Source of the DNA: Octopus bimaculoides
Taxonomy: Eukaryota
Direction: 5' to 3'
Assembly: GCF_001194135.2 (NCBI RefSeq)
Contig: NC_068989.1
Location: 69,278,382-69,342,381 of the forward strand
DNA: 64,000 nucleotides
Part shown: positions 24,982 through 39,129 of the stretch, piece after piece
Layout: the number at the start of each line of letters is the position of its first letter
How positions within the stretch are numbered: the stretch's first letter is position 1
Position numbers and translations under genes: made by a program
The notes under the pieces: generated by a model
What the model was told of the DNA's origin: nothing
The model's database searches: none
What the model saw: only the letters and a program-made list of their open reading frames with translations

Positions 24982-27900
24982 ATACGTGTGTGCACGTGTA
25001 TAGTTTGTTTTTCCATGCTAATATGATTTAGAGGTTTAGACAGGTAAGTATTCCCTGCAGAATTTTTATGATTGGATGCTGTTCCTGTCACCAACTCTTA
25101 GCTGTTTTTCAAGTAAGCTTGCTTTTTAATCCAGAGGAACTCGAAAGCACAGAGCTAATAGATGATTTGGTGACAGGAAAAGTCAACAGACATCATTAGT
25201 TGCAGTCAAGTTAGATTGTAAATATTCCTACAGACACACACACATATATATATAGAAATGCATACACTTATACACAAGCACACGCATACATAAAAGATTT
25301 TTTTTCAGGCATTGGTTGGTATGGAGTAAAGCAAAATACATCTGCATAAGGCACAGCATAGTGAGATTGAGCCCAAAGTCAAACAGATTAAAATATAACC
25401 TATTGTACTTGTTTATAAAAAGTTATATTTTTCTTTTAATGCTCTAATTTCTACCAAATCATTAGTGTGAAAAGTATAATTTATGACTAACATAGAAACT
25501 TTTTACAATTCAACCAGTAAAAAAGTAATAAGATTTTCTTATAATTTCATTTATATTATATGATTTACTTAATAGTGTCGAATATTTGACTAACTTATAA
25601 ACAGAAATATTATGCTGATACCTACTTATTTTTATAAGTTAATCAGAAGTTTGAATGCAGTTACCAGGCAGCCCTGTATACCTGGAGAAATGACTTAGCT
25701 CTTAATAGTTGTAACTATAGACAGGCACCATAAGATGAAACCAGAGGAGGCAGAGAAAGTGAGAAAGTGACAGACATAAGTTTTTACTTAAAATCAACTA
25801 AAGCATTAAACAGCTGTAAGAATGAGATGACAGAATGAAAAAAAAAGGGGGTAAGAGATAGTGATGTACAAAGCTCAAACAAATTAAAACAAAAACAAAA
25901 CATAAAACAAAATGTCTGCCCTCAATCCCAACTATTATTGATGTGTGGCATTCTCTCCAGACTATACATAAACATTTCCCAGTCCTTCTTCCCAAGATAC
26001 ATATCCCCTGAAACTTTCTTCATACTACTGCTTCCTCACCAACTAACCTGCAAATTTAATTTGAACATCAATCCAACTGACCAGTTATTCCAATCCATTT
26101 AATTTAGGAGAGATTTATAATGTTACAGCTTTTGGTCTTCATTGGGAAAATGAATAATATCTACCTCAAAGAGAAAAGTTTCAGGTATCACTACTTCTGT
26201 TATATATCATTAACCTTTCTTTTAGTTGCTTCATTCACTGGACTGTGACTATGCTGGGGCACCACCTCAAAAGGTTTAGTTGAACAAACTGACCCTACTA
26301 CTTACATTTTAAGGCTGGTACTTATTCTATCAGTCTCTTTTGCTGAATCACTAAGTGGGGATGTAAACAAACCAACACTGATTGTCAAGTAGTCTGTATG
26401 TGTGTGTGTGTGGGGGGGACAGAAACACATATGATGGGTTTTCATACAGTTTCAATGTCAGCCCAGGACTATAGTTGTCCAAGGGGCCATGCAATGGGAC
26501 TGAATCTGAAACCAAGTGGTTGTAAAATGAGCTTCTTAACTACACAGACATACCTGCACTTTTATTAAAAAAATTAAATAAATAAATAAAAAAAACTGAG
26601 CGAATGTTGTCTTCGTGGTCATTTGACTCTCTAGAAATAGCAGTCAAATCTCTATAAAATTACAATCAATCATCTAAGAAATGAATGACACTTAGGATAA
26701 TGTAACCTTAGATACACAAGCTTGAAAATAATAATAAAATGGATGGTCATGGCTGGAATGCATTTGATGAGGAGTGTTCATCAGACAGAGCAGACCTGGA
26801 TCCAAACAAACAAATATATATTTAAGCAGAAAAATTAAAATTCATTTGAGTATGTTTACATATTCCAGTAGCTATTTAAAAATACATTTAGATCACCAGT
26901 GCATTTCTAAATGTATTTTTAGTAATCTAAGTAGTCACTAGATATTTTGAAAAGATTTAAACATCTAAAGAAATGAAAATATTTCAAAAATGACAGACAA
27001 GTGATTAACATTCCTTTCAACTAGTTAAATATTTTGGAATAACAGTCTTAAGAAGCCAAGACATGTATATTGGCCTTCAGAAATGAAAACATTCAAATAA
27101 GCTTGACAGGAGGATTACAAATGTATAATTTATTCCACCATTTTCTTTTTTTTTTTCCTTTTATTAATTATTCTTGTATAAATTTTATCATATCTTGTCA
27201 CAAATGAGATGCTGGAAATGAGCCAAAACCTAATTAAAAAATGAATAGCATGAAAGTGAATCCATTATCATTACAATAAAACATGTATGGCTTTCCAACT
27301 GCTTTTGTTGGTAGCTGGTACTTCTCAGATTTCTCTGACTTTTGATACCAACTGATCTGAAAACCTTTAAATTCTCTGATACAGAGTTCCAGTTTTGGAG
27401 TGATCTGAAAACTTTTCAACAAACCTTCATATTAGCCCTTTAGCATTTGAACTAGATATAACTGGCCCAAATATTCTGCCAGTTTTACGTTCAAAGCCAT
27501 CAGAACTGGCCTCTCATGCTTACCTTACAATGTCTTTCTAAAAAGAAACAGTCACATCATCAAAATCTTAAATATAAATAAGTATCACATCAGATTACAT
27601 CTGAATGTTAAAGAGTTAATTTATGTTCCAAAAACTGGCTTGATAATGGCATTTTACCAAACTCTTGATCATTTAAAAAATTAATTGAAACTAAGGTAGT
27701 GTATTTCAACAGAAATATGGTGATAAAAAGGTTAAATTACTTGTCATGTTTACCAGCAACTCTTTGAGCAGACGTCCTTAAACTTTTCCAGGCTACTACT
27801 ACCATGATTCACCTGCCATAATTTCCTTGTACACCAAAGTCCTCAATTAAAAGCCTTATTTGGAATAATGATCTACAGGACAAGATGGAAAGGTAATTCC

Positions 27901-28288
27901 ATTCTACTTGTCAAATTGTAGTACCACATGTAGTAGTACACATGTTCTATGTATAATTTCTTGCAGTACACATGCCCTAAGCATAACTTCTTGTACCACT
28001 TACTTCTACAACATTGTGTACCTTATAAGGAGGAGTTGCTGACCAAACAACCAAGTCATGTTCAGCATGAATAACAATGATGGATTTAAAAATGTGAGCA
28101 ATAAAAACACTAGTCAATTTGATAGTATTTCCGTTGCTTATATCAGTGAACTATACTGCTATGTGGTGCCAATTTGGAAACAGCTATTAGAAGTGTCTTG
28201 GCTGTAGTAATAATGACAAGGTATAAGTTCCTCTTGGCTAGCTGTCCAGTAACTCATTAACTTGGTCATCCATATTTTCAAAATGTTT

Positions 28289-29682
28289 AAAATCAGTAAA
28301 AGCTAATTTCATAGTGCTTTTTTTAAAAAAAAATTTCATTACATTTTATGTAATTAAAAGTAATTTAGAAGGTTAATGGTCACCACAATTACTAACTCCT
28401 TTTCAATTAAGTAGAGACTCAATCTGGTCTACCTCAGGAGAATCTCACAACTCTTGCTATCTTTGTCACTTAGTTTTTGTTATCGTTTAGATCAGAGTTA
28501 ACTCTGACCAAGCAGACCTATGAGGAACGATAAGCCAGCCATGATCAAACTATCTTTTCTTTAGACATTGCTGTATGTAATACCACATTCTTTTTATGTG
28601 TGTGTTATATTTTTTTAAACAGAAAAGTATGATTTGAAAGAGATTTAGTTGCAGGTTGAGCAACTGCATCGGGGCCTCTTTCAGCTTTATGTGCACAATA
28701 ACTAACCTCATTTCCACTCAGCAAAATAAGCCAGTCATTGCAGTGTGTTGGAGATTAAGTTTTGTATCTGGGTCAGACATTTTGATCTATTGGTACATCT
28801 TTGTGAGGCAGACATAGTGTATTGGTAAGATTTTGTCTATGGGCCAGTCATAGTGAGTTGGGAAGTCTTTATCGGCAGGCCAGACATTGTAGTGTGTTGG
28901 CGAGTAAGCTTTTGTCTGTGGGCCAGATGTTGTAGTGTGTGAGTAAGTTTTATTGCCCTTACAATCAAATGGCTTTCTGCTTAAACTGGATTTTTTTTTT
29001 CTCTTGTACAGTGAAGCCTGTCAATATTGATTGGCTGCCATTACTGTGTCTTAGACACATCAATGTAAGCTAAAGAAATTTATAACTCTTACAATGTTAA
29101 AAGCTATTTCTCTTTTATTTTATTACAAATTACTCAGAGATTTTAAAGCTTGATGGCATCTTTAGCTTTCAAATGCTGAACTTTTGGTCAGTCAGTAGTG
29201 CGGTGCTTATCCAAGCAGCTGATGCTTATTTTGCTGAGGGGAAATGAGATTAGATATTGTGCACATAAAGCTGAAAGAGGCCCCAATGCAGTCGCTCAAC
29301 CTGCAACTAAATCTCTTTCAAATCATACTTTTCTGTTTAAAAAAATATAACACACACACACACACACACACATAAAAAGAATGTGGTATTACATACAGCA
29401 ATGTCTAAAGAAAAGATAGTTTGATCATGGCTGGCTTATCGTTCCTCATAGGTCTGCTTGGTCAGAGTTAACTCTGATCTAAACGATAACAAAAACTAAG
29501 TGACAAAGATAGCAAGAGTTGTGAGATTCTCCTGAGGTAGACCAGATTGAGTCTCTACTTAATTGAAAAGGAGTTAGTAATTGTGGTGACCATTAACTTT
29601 CTAAACTACTTTTAATTACACAGAATGTAATTAAATTTTTTTTTTTTTAAAAAGCATTATGAAATTAGCTTTTACTGATTTT
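28289..29682. repeat. Large inverted duplication: arms 28289-28731 and 29224-29682
   Basis: The right arm is the reverse complement of the left, with an identical core of over 200 bp, about 10 mismatches in the outer parts and one (CA)n length difference. Confidence 0.95.
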
Positions 29683-31176
29683 GACTGGCCCATAAATAAT
29701 GACTCACAAACCCAGTGCAATGTCAGGCCTACATATGTATTGTCTCATCATTCTGTCCATTATCTCATTTCCATAAGGATGTCTGCTTCTTGAAACTACT
29801 TAACTGCATACTACCTCCACTGAGTTCAACTCAACACACTTGTCTCTCATCCTCTCGTCATCCATACCCTGTCCCTGACTGCTCACAGTGCAGCACTAAC
29901 CATCATGCACAATCTTCTTTTACCCTAAAACATTAGACCTCTGAAATTTATTCCCTGCAGACGACTGTAGGTGTTCAAACTGGAGTTCTATTTTATGTAA
30001 TGACTAAAGCATTACATAAAAAAATTTAGTAGTTAACATCCAGAATGAGTCGAAAACTAAACAACTATGCCCTACATCATCCAAACAGTGTATTCTTTCT
30101 TACATGAAATGTTTTGTGTATTGCTTATTTTTTAAATCTATTTGTAGAAATGACTAAAATAAGATACAGTATCACCAGTACCGAACAACACTGGACAGGT
30201 CTAGAATTGAAGAAAACTAGATTTTTTTAAAAAGTCTAAATAGAAACAAAATCAAAACTCAAAAAATATTTGCCAAGTACTTATTCATTCACTTTCCTGG
30301 TATTACTCCTCTTTTTGCTATCGTTTTCTTTTTTTTCTAAGACAGCTACTATGCTAACTGCAAGAAATAGCAAACAAATCACCTTCAAATCACACATCCT
30401 GTTTTATATGAAACAAGGACTACTCTATGTAATGTTAGTCGTTGACACACAATGTATGACTGACTAGCAGTTAGGATGGTCAATAGTAAGCAAGAAGTAA
30501 ACAACAAGCCTATTCGATGCTTTTTGCTAACTTTTTTCCCAACAGCCCCCTCACTCCCTTTAAACACTGCACTCTTCCTTTTCTCTAACCATTCCTTCAA
30601 ATAATTTTGCAACAGCTCAAATTAAACATCAATTCCATTTGGTTGGTGCTGGTACATTTACACCCCTGTAACTTAGAGGTTTGGCAAAAAGACCGATAGA
30701 TTAAGTGCCAGGCTTAAAATAATAAGTGCTGGGGTTGATTCATTTGACTGAAAAATTTTCCAAAGTGGTGCTCCAGCATGGCTGCAGTCTTATGACTGAG
30801 ACAAGTAAAAGATAAATATGTAAATGTTTGTTTAGAGGGTAAGAAAAAATATATTAAGCATAAGAACTATAAGAGAAATAAACACACACACACAAATCTA
30901 TACATACATAGGGAGTGGTGCTGGCTTTAAGGGTATCATGAAAGGCCTGGTTGAAAGCCTGACCTTCTGCATTCTTTTACAGGGTTTAGTAAAACTGAAG
31001 GATCACTGCAATAATTGTGTGAATTTGAGATGGGAATATGTTGGATAAAATCCTCCTGTATTTTCTTTTACCCAAAACCAGGAACTTTTCTGCACCCCTT
31101 TGTATGTTTAGAGGGTAAGAATAAAATATATTAATAAAAACTGTAGGAGAAATAAACACACACAAATCAATACATA

Positions 31177-31389
31177 CGAGTGGGGTGTTGAAAATTTCCT
31201 GGCTTTAAGGGTATCATGAAAGGCCCGTTTAGAGGCTAACTTTCTGAGTTCTTTTACAGAATCTAGAAAAACTAAAGGACCACTGCAATAAGTGTGTGAA
31301 TCTGAAAGGGGAATATGTTGGATAAAATCATAATTGATCCTCTTGTATATTCTTTTACTTAAAGACAGGAACTTTTGAGCACCACTTTA
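31177..31389. mobile_element. mariner-derived MITE (second, partly deleted copy at ~30908-31102)
   Basis: Imperfect TIRs gtgttgaaaatttcct / aggaacttttgagcac with TA flanks. Confidence 0.6.
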
Positions 31390-31944
31390 TATGTTTATAG
31401 GATAAAAATAAACTAGATTAACCACAAGGACTGTAGGAGAAATAAACACACAGACATACACATACAGAAATCAATACATAGAAACTTAATCTTTCAGCGT
31501 TTAGATTACACTGTCTCATGTAATGCATGTTCACATTTTTTTGAATTTATCATGCATAATTGTGTTGCTTTGAAATTTCAATTATGTGATTGTCTATTTT
31601 TAGAATGACATTGTAGGGTAAGTGTGAGAGGCTACATCTGACTAGTCTGAACATAAAATATATGGGCTGGATATGACCGGCTTAAATGCTAAAAAGTTAA
31701 TCACACAGAAGCAGAATCTGTCAAGCTGACATTTACATTTTTTAATGTAATTAGAATAATTCTTAACTAGAATTTGATTTGATAGCAAAAGTAAATAAAC
31801 ACTAATGTTTAATAATTAAATGTAAAAATAAGACAAGAAAATTTGATATCTAGATAATAATGAATTGAGAAACTCGTATCTGCACAACGATAGACAGCTA
31901 TTAAATTAACTGCTGAGATATTAATGTAAATGATAATTAACATG

Positions 31945-32810
31945 CATCATCATCATCCTTTAATGTCTATTTCCCATGATGGCATGGATTTGACTAGAGC
32001 TGGCTAGCAGGAGAGCTGCACCAGGTTTCAGTCTGATTTGACTTGTTTTCTATGACTGGATGCCCTTCCTAACACCAACCACTTTACAAAGTGTGCTGAG
32101 TGCCTGTTACATGGCACTGGCATGGGTGCTTTTTATGTGGAATTGGCACAGGTACCTCTTTATGTAGTGCTGGAATGAGCACTCATTACTTGATGCCAGC
32201 ATGAATGCTTTTTACATGGCACCAGCACAGGGCTCTTGCAGGCCAATTCTCTTCAGTAAGGAGAGCAGCATTAACACTTCTGCTGTGGAGGATGGGTCTT
32301 CTTGAGTACAGCAAGCCTACAGATATTTTGGTCCTTTGTCATCTCCTTGGTAAGGTTCAGTGTCCTGAGGTTGTCCTTCAATACTCTGTCTTATATCTCT
32401 CTCGGTCTCCCTCTTCCACAGGTTTCCTCCACTTTAAGTGACCGGCACTTCTTTATAGAGCTGTCTACATCCATCCACATCTCATGTCTAAACTAGCGTA
32501 GTCTCCTCCTTTGCACATTGCATCTAATTCCTCTTATGCCTAACATGTACACTTACATTGCACATCCAGTGGAGCATACTAGCTTCATTCCTCTCTAACC
32601 TTTGCATTCCCTCTGCAGTCAAGGCACACACCTCACTACCATGTAAAATTGCTGGTTGTATACATGCATCACACAATATTCCTTTCACTCAGAGAGGGAG
32701 GGAGACTTTGGGCTGCCAACAGAAGTAAAATCTCTCTGTATTTTTTCCATCCTATTCTTATTCTAGCTATGACATTTTCTATACATCCTGCTCAACAACT
32801 AATTTGGTCC
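31945..32810 (-). mobile_element. RTE LINE 3' fragment, same family
   Basis: Parallel similarity to 33195-34150, including the (cat)n tail. Confidence 0.7.
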
Positions 32811-33194
32811 CCAAAATAGCAGAAATTATCCACTACCTCTAAAGAGTCTCTGGGGCATTTGAGAAAATCCATTTCCCAAGTATCTGTAGTTTTTATGGTT
32901 CTTGTACATCTTCCACATACAAGCACTACTTTCTCTGATAATCTTCCACAAGCACAAATTTGTTATGGGAAAGACAAACAGGTGGCACCAATAACTGACC
33001 TGTAAGAAAATTTTTTTAAATGACAAGGCTTCAGATTATATGGTCCCTAGTACTTAACTGCAACTTTATTTTATCAATCCCAGGAGGATAAAAGGCAAAA
33101 CTAATCTCAGCTGAATTTGAACTCAGAGCATAAAGAGTCAAAACAAATACTTTAAGGTATTATGTCAGATACTTTAACAATTCTACCAATATAT

Positions 33195-34150
33195 CATCAT
33201 CATCATTTAATGTCTGCTTTCCATGCTGGCATGGGCTGGACAGTTTCACATGTCTGTTGTGGTATGGTTTCTACAGCTGGATGCTCTTCCTAATGCCAAC
33301 CACTTAACAGAGTGTGCTGAGTGCTTTATATGTGCCACCAGTACAGGTGCATTTACACAGCATTGGCACAGGTGCTTTTTAAGTGGCACTGACACCTGTA
33401 AGGACAAAGTCTGTATGTGTATAAGACAAGAGTTTTACTTAGCTTGACGTGTATCATCAAGTACAGGAAATTACCTCATCTCCTGGTCCCTTGTCATTTC
33501 CTCAGTGAAGCCCAGCATCTGAAGATCCTTTCTTACTATTATGTCCCTTGTCTTCTTGAGTCTAACCCTTCCACAAGTACTCTCCACAATTAGAGCTTGA
33601 CACTTCTTTATGCAGCTGTCCTCATCCATACGCAACACATAACCAAACCAGCATAGTCTTCTCTCTTGCATACACATCTGGTGCCTCTTATACCCAGTTT
33701 TCCTTTTGAATCATTTGCACTCTGTCGTGCATGCACACTGACATTACCCATTCAGTGGAGCATGCTAGCTTCATTTCTTTCAAGCCTTTGTAAGTCCTCT
33801 GTAATCAAGGCCCAAGTTTCAATGCTATGTAACGTAGATGTATGTACAGAGGCATCATACAATCTGCCTTTTACTCTGAGGGAGAGGCCCTTAGTTACTA
33901 ACAAAGGTAGAAACACTCTGAACTTTGCTCAGCCCATTCTTATCCTAGCAAGTACACTTTCAGAACTCCCTCCATCACCGCTAACTTGGTTTCTTAGGTA
34001 ACAGAAGCTATCTGTTACTTCTAATGATCCACCTGAGCATTTGAGGAAGCCTGCTGTCTGCATATTTCTAGTGCTTATTGTACTGCACATTTGCTACACA
34101 CAAAGACTATATTCTCTGTTAACCTTCCTTTGATGCTGCTACACCTCTTA
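33195..34150 (-). mobile_element. RTE-clade LINE 3' fragment (ORF2 C-terminus, 3'UTR, (GAT)n tail)
   Basis: ORF 33471-33677 QERRLCWFGYVLRMDEDSCIKK..RKDL is the typical RTE ORF2 end, contiguous with the catcatcat..ttccatgctggcatggg tail. Confidence 0.85.
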
Positions 34151-36279
34151 TGTGTCCAAAGCTTGCACTGGGTTATACGTAATACAAGCCAATGAGGGAG
34201 CATCTGTACAGGTGCTTGACCTGTTGTTAAAAATAGTAGTCAAATCTCTCTCAAATCATATCTTATTGTCTTTAAAAAAAAAAAAAAAGGAGACACAGGA
34301 TAATATAGTCCTAGGTATACAATGTCTGAAAAAGATAATATGGTCTTCAATCATAGGACTGTTTAATGAAGGCTAATTGTGAGCTAAACAACAACTTGTA
34401 AATATAACAGCATAATTTTGTTTCATTTTATCTAATAAATGCCTTTTCCTATCTAAACATACAACTTAGAAATTTATAGATAAATACTCTGTTTTAATTT
34501 GAATAATTTTATTGTTAAAATGAAAAGGTGATTTAACCAGCCAATTAGCTATGTTAATTACTGGTGTTGGATAACTCAAAGTATTTGCAGAGTGCAGGGA
34601 AACATATTAAAAAAAATAATGTAGGCTGAGACAAACTAAGTTTGAAAAAGAAATAAAAACAAACAAGATACCTGGTCACAGCTGGGATGTCTTTTATATG
34701 TCAACTTGATCATATGAGTTAAAAACTATGACTATGTCTGTTTGGTTAAGAAGTTTGCATTGCAACAATGTAGCCTCAAACATGAGCCCATGTGGCTGTA
34801 AGGGTAAACATGTGGGCCTAACTACATGGCATCTTAGGCAAGTGTCGACTTAAGTGTTAAGCTGACCAATGCCTTCTGAGTGATATTTATAAATGGAAAC
34901 TGCACAGAGAGACACACTCATGGTTTGAGTGTGTCTCTCTGGGGTAACAATCTGGAGATAATGTATTCAATAGAAACAGAGTGGGAAAGCCTGACTTAAC
35001 TGAAGAAGTCTCAGCATGCTGCAGAAACACCAGAGTAACAGCTTGCTGGACCAGCTTAAATAAACTGTGTGTGTGTGTACATGCATTGTGTGCACTGTGT
35101 GCATACATGCATGTGTGTGTACACACTCATTTATCTGTTCTTGGGTGATGATCTAGAAAAAGAGTACTCAATACAGAGTACAATAGTCTGACTTGTCTGA
35201 TAAAGCAGTGGAATGCTGCAGAAACTCCAGGGTAATGGGCTGCTAAACTAGCTTGAACTACTTACGTATGTATGTGCATGCACAAATGTATGTGCAAAGC
35301 AGTTTCTATGCCAGTCCTTATTTTAACACCACTTGAAAAATTGTGGTCAATATAAGTGGCTAAAACCTTTCAAGTAAGTAAATGTAAGATTTAAGCACTT
35401 AAAAATTTATAGAAAATGCTCTGAATCGTCTTGAGTGGTATAAATTTGCTGTTTAAGTCTGTTATTCTCAAATAATGATTTCAGATTAAATGCCCAAATT
35501 TCTTTGTGTTCCAGAGTCATATCTACAATTGTCTATGGGAGTCCTATTACTTAAATAAACATTTCTGCAAGCAGAGTTTGAACTCAGAACCTTCATTTTG
35601 AAGACCCATACAATCAATAATAAAAGAAAAATATGAAATAGCAAACTTTTTTGGAAGTAATAAACAGATTCGTGCAATCACGCAAATAAATCTATTAGAG
35701 AGAGAGAAAAAAAGATAGAGAGGAGGGAGGGGAGAGAGAGATGATGTAAATAGAGTTATTTCTTTGTTGGACCTAATAAACAAATCTATAATCAAAGGAA
35801 TTCAACTATGATCATCCCAACTTTTACTTCAGACATTGTCTATGCAGGACTACATCATCCAATATGTCTTTTCCTTTTCTTAAAATGGTAGAATGTAACT
35901 TGAGGGAGAGCTGGCCACTATTTCTTAGCAGGACGAACAATCACAAGTAGGGCTGTTGATGTTATTGCTGAGTAGCCGTTGTCATTCTGCTCTTTCACTT
36001 TCAATATATCAAACTTCTGTCTGATTTCCAACCATAATTTACATTGTCAGGCAATAAAAGGAAAATCAGGTTATTTTCTTGATGTCCTCCGGCTTCTTTG
36101 TCTGTCTCTTATAGCCAAGCAGCATCACACATTTGGTGAACTATTTTCTCAGAAAGAAACTTTGTTTTTAACAAAGCTGTAACCCTTACTTTTAGTGCCT
36201 TACTTTTATTAACCATGAAGAAGTCTTTCTGATTAAAGTTCATTTTTTAAACCTTAAAACTAATACTACTTCTGTCCTG

Positions 36280-36600
36280 TGCTAGGCTTTACAATGAAAA
36301 TCAAGTGTTGCCCAGCTGTTTCTAAGAGCATCTAGTTTTATGAAGATTAAGCCTTATTGACTTCTCCACTGTAACCCTAAATTCTTCACAAAGTACATTG
36401 CTACCAACTCCTGACAGGTTCCAGGCCTTCATTCATGACCTGGATAGCTCTCTCTCAAGCAACTTCTATTCAGCTACCGTTCTCATTATTCATCAGCCTG
36501 CAGACCATGGAACCCCATCAAATGCCTTCTCTCGATTAACAAATGCAATGTTGTTTATTCTTTGTGGAAGATGTTTTTGTATTCCTATTGTTGACTACTA
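36280..36600 (-). mobile_element. RTE reverse transcriptase fragment
   Basis: - strand reads IAFVNREKAFDGVP (RT motif ..AFVDLEKAFDRVP). Confidence 0.65.
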
Positions 36601-38028
36601 GAACTATACAACAAATGTAGCACTTGTAGTCCCATGTTGTGGCACAAACCCAAATTGCACCCACTCAAGTACATTTGTTATCAGCTTCATTACATTGTTT
36701 ACGAGTCTGAGACCCCTACAATTATTTTATCTCTCTTTGAACAATAGATGCACAATATTTTTATCATGATAATCACATGTTTGACCATAACTATACAGAA
36801 CTAAAGCAATTACATCTATAGTTCATTAAAATTCCTTTCTCATACATAAAAAAAAAATATTTTGCATACATGAAAGCAACAGTGGGTGACATAGAACTTA
36901 ATAATGGGGGTAGAAGAGTAATAGCTATTAAAAAGGAGTATGGCAATGTATAGACAATATGTGACAAGTTGAGTGTAAGTTGAGGAAATGATTAAATATG
37001 AGAATCAATACAAACAACTCAGATGACTGCATTGGTATGTAAGAACCAATGACGTAACCAGAGTAGAAAAGTGATTCTGAGAGGCAAAACATGGTAATCA
37101 GAGTGAAAGAAATGTAAAAGAAAGTCAGGCAACTGAGATTTTAGACAGTTATGTAAGGCACAGGCAGGGCCTGACTAAAGCTTTGTGAATAAGTTCCACC
37201 GTCATCATCCTCATTTAATGTTTGTTTTTTATGCTGGCATGGGTTAGATGGCTTGACTGGAACTGGTAAGCCAGAGAGCTGCACAAGGCTCCAGTCTGTT
37301 TTGGCTTGCTTTCTATAGCTGGATGCCCTTCCCAATGCCAACCATTTCACAGAGTGTACTAGATGTCTTATGCATCACCGGCATGAGTGCCTTTTAACGT
37401 GTCACCAGCAGAGGTTCTTTTCAAGTGTCACTGGCATGGGTGCCTTTCATGCATCACCAGCACTGGTCATGACCATGATTTCACTTAGATTGACATGTCT
37501 TCTCAAGCACAGCAATTTGCCAAAAGTATCAGTCACTTATCACCTCCATGAAACTCAACACCCAAAGATCACATTTCACTATCTTGTCCTATGTCTTCCC
37601 GATCTACCTCTTCCACATGGAAACTCAAAGAAGCTTGTTGTAGATATGTGTATGTATGTACATTAGTATGTGAATGTTTCTCCTTGTAAATGAGCATCAT
37701 TAGTTAAGAGATTTGCCTGCTACATTGAAAAGGTTGAATGTCTTTTTACAATTTCAATTGGTGTAATGACAAAAAAAGATAGTGTGTATGGCTAGAGTAA
37801 AACCTGAAAGGCTATTGGACTGTTTATATTTCAAGTCAAATTTTATAAGTACAACATTCCTCCAGTCTTCAGGGACATGGCATATATTTTCATTTTTTTA
37901 TATATATCCAAGCATGGAAATGTTCTAAGAAGTTTGCTCTCCAACCACTTAGTTCTGAGTTCAGTTTGCCTGTGTGGCACTTTGTTCAAATGTCTTCTAC
38001 TATAGCTTCGGAAACTGAGAGAAGCCCA

Positions 38029-38068
<40 letters not shown>

Positions 38069-39129
38069 ATCTTTGCATTTGTCCCTCACCACCACTTGAC
38101 AACTAGTGTTGTTTTTTTTTTTTTTTTTTACTTCTGTCTAACTTAGCAGTTTGGTAAAGAGAGACTAATAGAATAAGTACCAGGTTTCAAAAATATAAAT
38201 ACTGGGGTTGATTTTTTTTTCCCATTAAAACTTTCAAGGAAGTGCCCCAGCTTGGCCACAATCTAATGCTCGACACAAAATAAAAGATGTATATATTCAT
38301 TAATTACAAGCATGGTTGCGTGGTTAAGAAGTCTGCTTCCCAACCATGTGATTTCAGGTTCAGTGCCATAGTGAGTCACATTAAGTAAGTGTCTTCTACA
38401 ACAGTCCTCAACCGATCAAAGCCTTGTGAATGGACCTGATAGACAGAAACCTGTCAAAAGTGTGTATGTGTGTGTGAATGTGTATCTGACATTACTAGAT
38501 GGTTGAATATATGTGTCACCTTCATACAAGTTGTGTCGTTTGTTTCTGAGCTTTCATGAAAATATGTCCAACCACAGGGAAATATCTTGCTTTGAGATGG
38601 ATGAGAACTGGCAATAGGAAGGGTACCTGGCCATAAAAAATCTGCCTTGACAAATTCTATCTGGCCCATGCAAGCATGGAAAAGAGGATGTTAAAATGAT
38701 GATGATATATTAGTCTGAGGTGAAGCATCGATATTAATAGAATTCTGAAAATCTTTCACATAGCAATTGAAGGCCATGCAAATAATATTTCAATTTGAAT
38801 TGTTACACCTTAGAAGTTAGAAAGCAACCAAAGGACAAAAAAGAATCCCAGAGGAATGTAATTTTGAGAAAGAAGGATTAATTAAAAATAATTACTATGG
38901 AATCTTGAAGTAGGACACAGTAGGAATGGTAAGAGAAGAGAATACATTGATACATTGAACAGGTTTGCAATTTTAAATAGGTACAGATTACTAGATTACT
39001 GTAGTTAGTATGAAAAGGGAAATAGCGAAGAGAATTTGACAGAGAGGTGTGCATGTGTGTGAAGAGACAGGTGTGTGTGCATGCATGTTTTGATATAACT
39101 ACCAAGCTGTGGAGAGCATTTCTTTAAAA

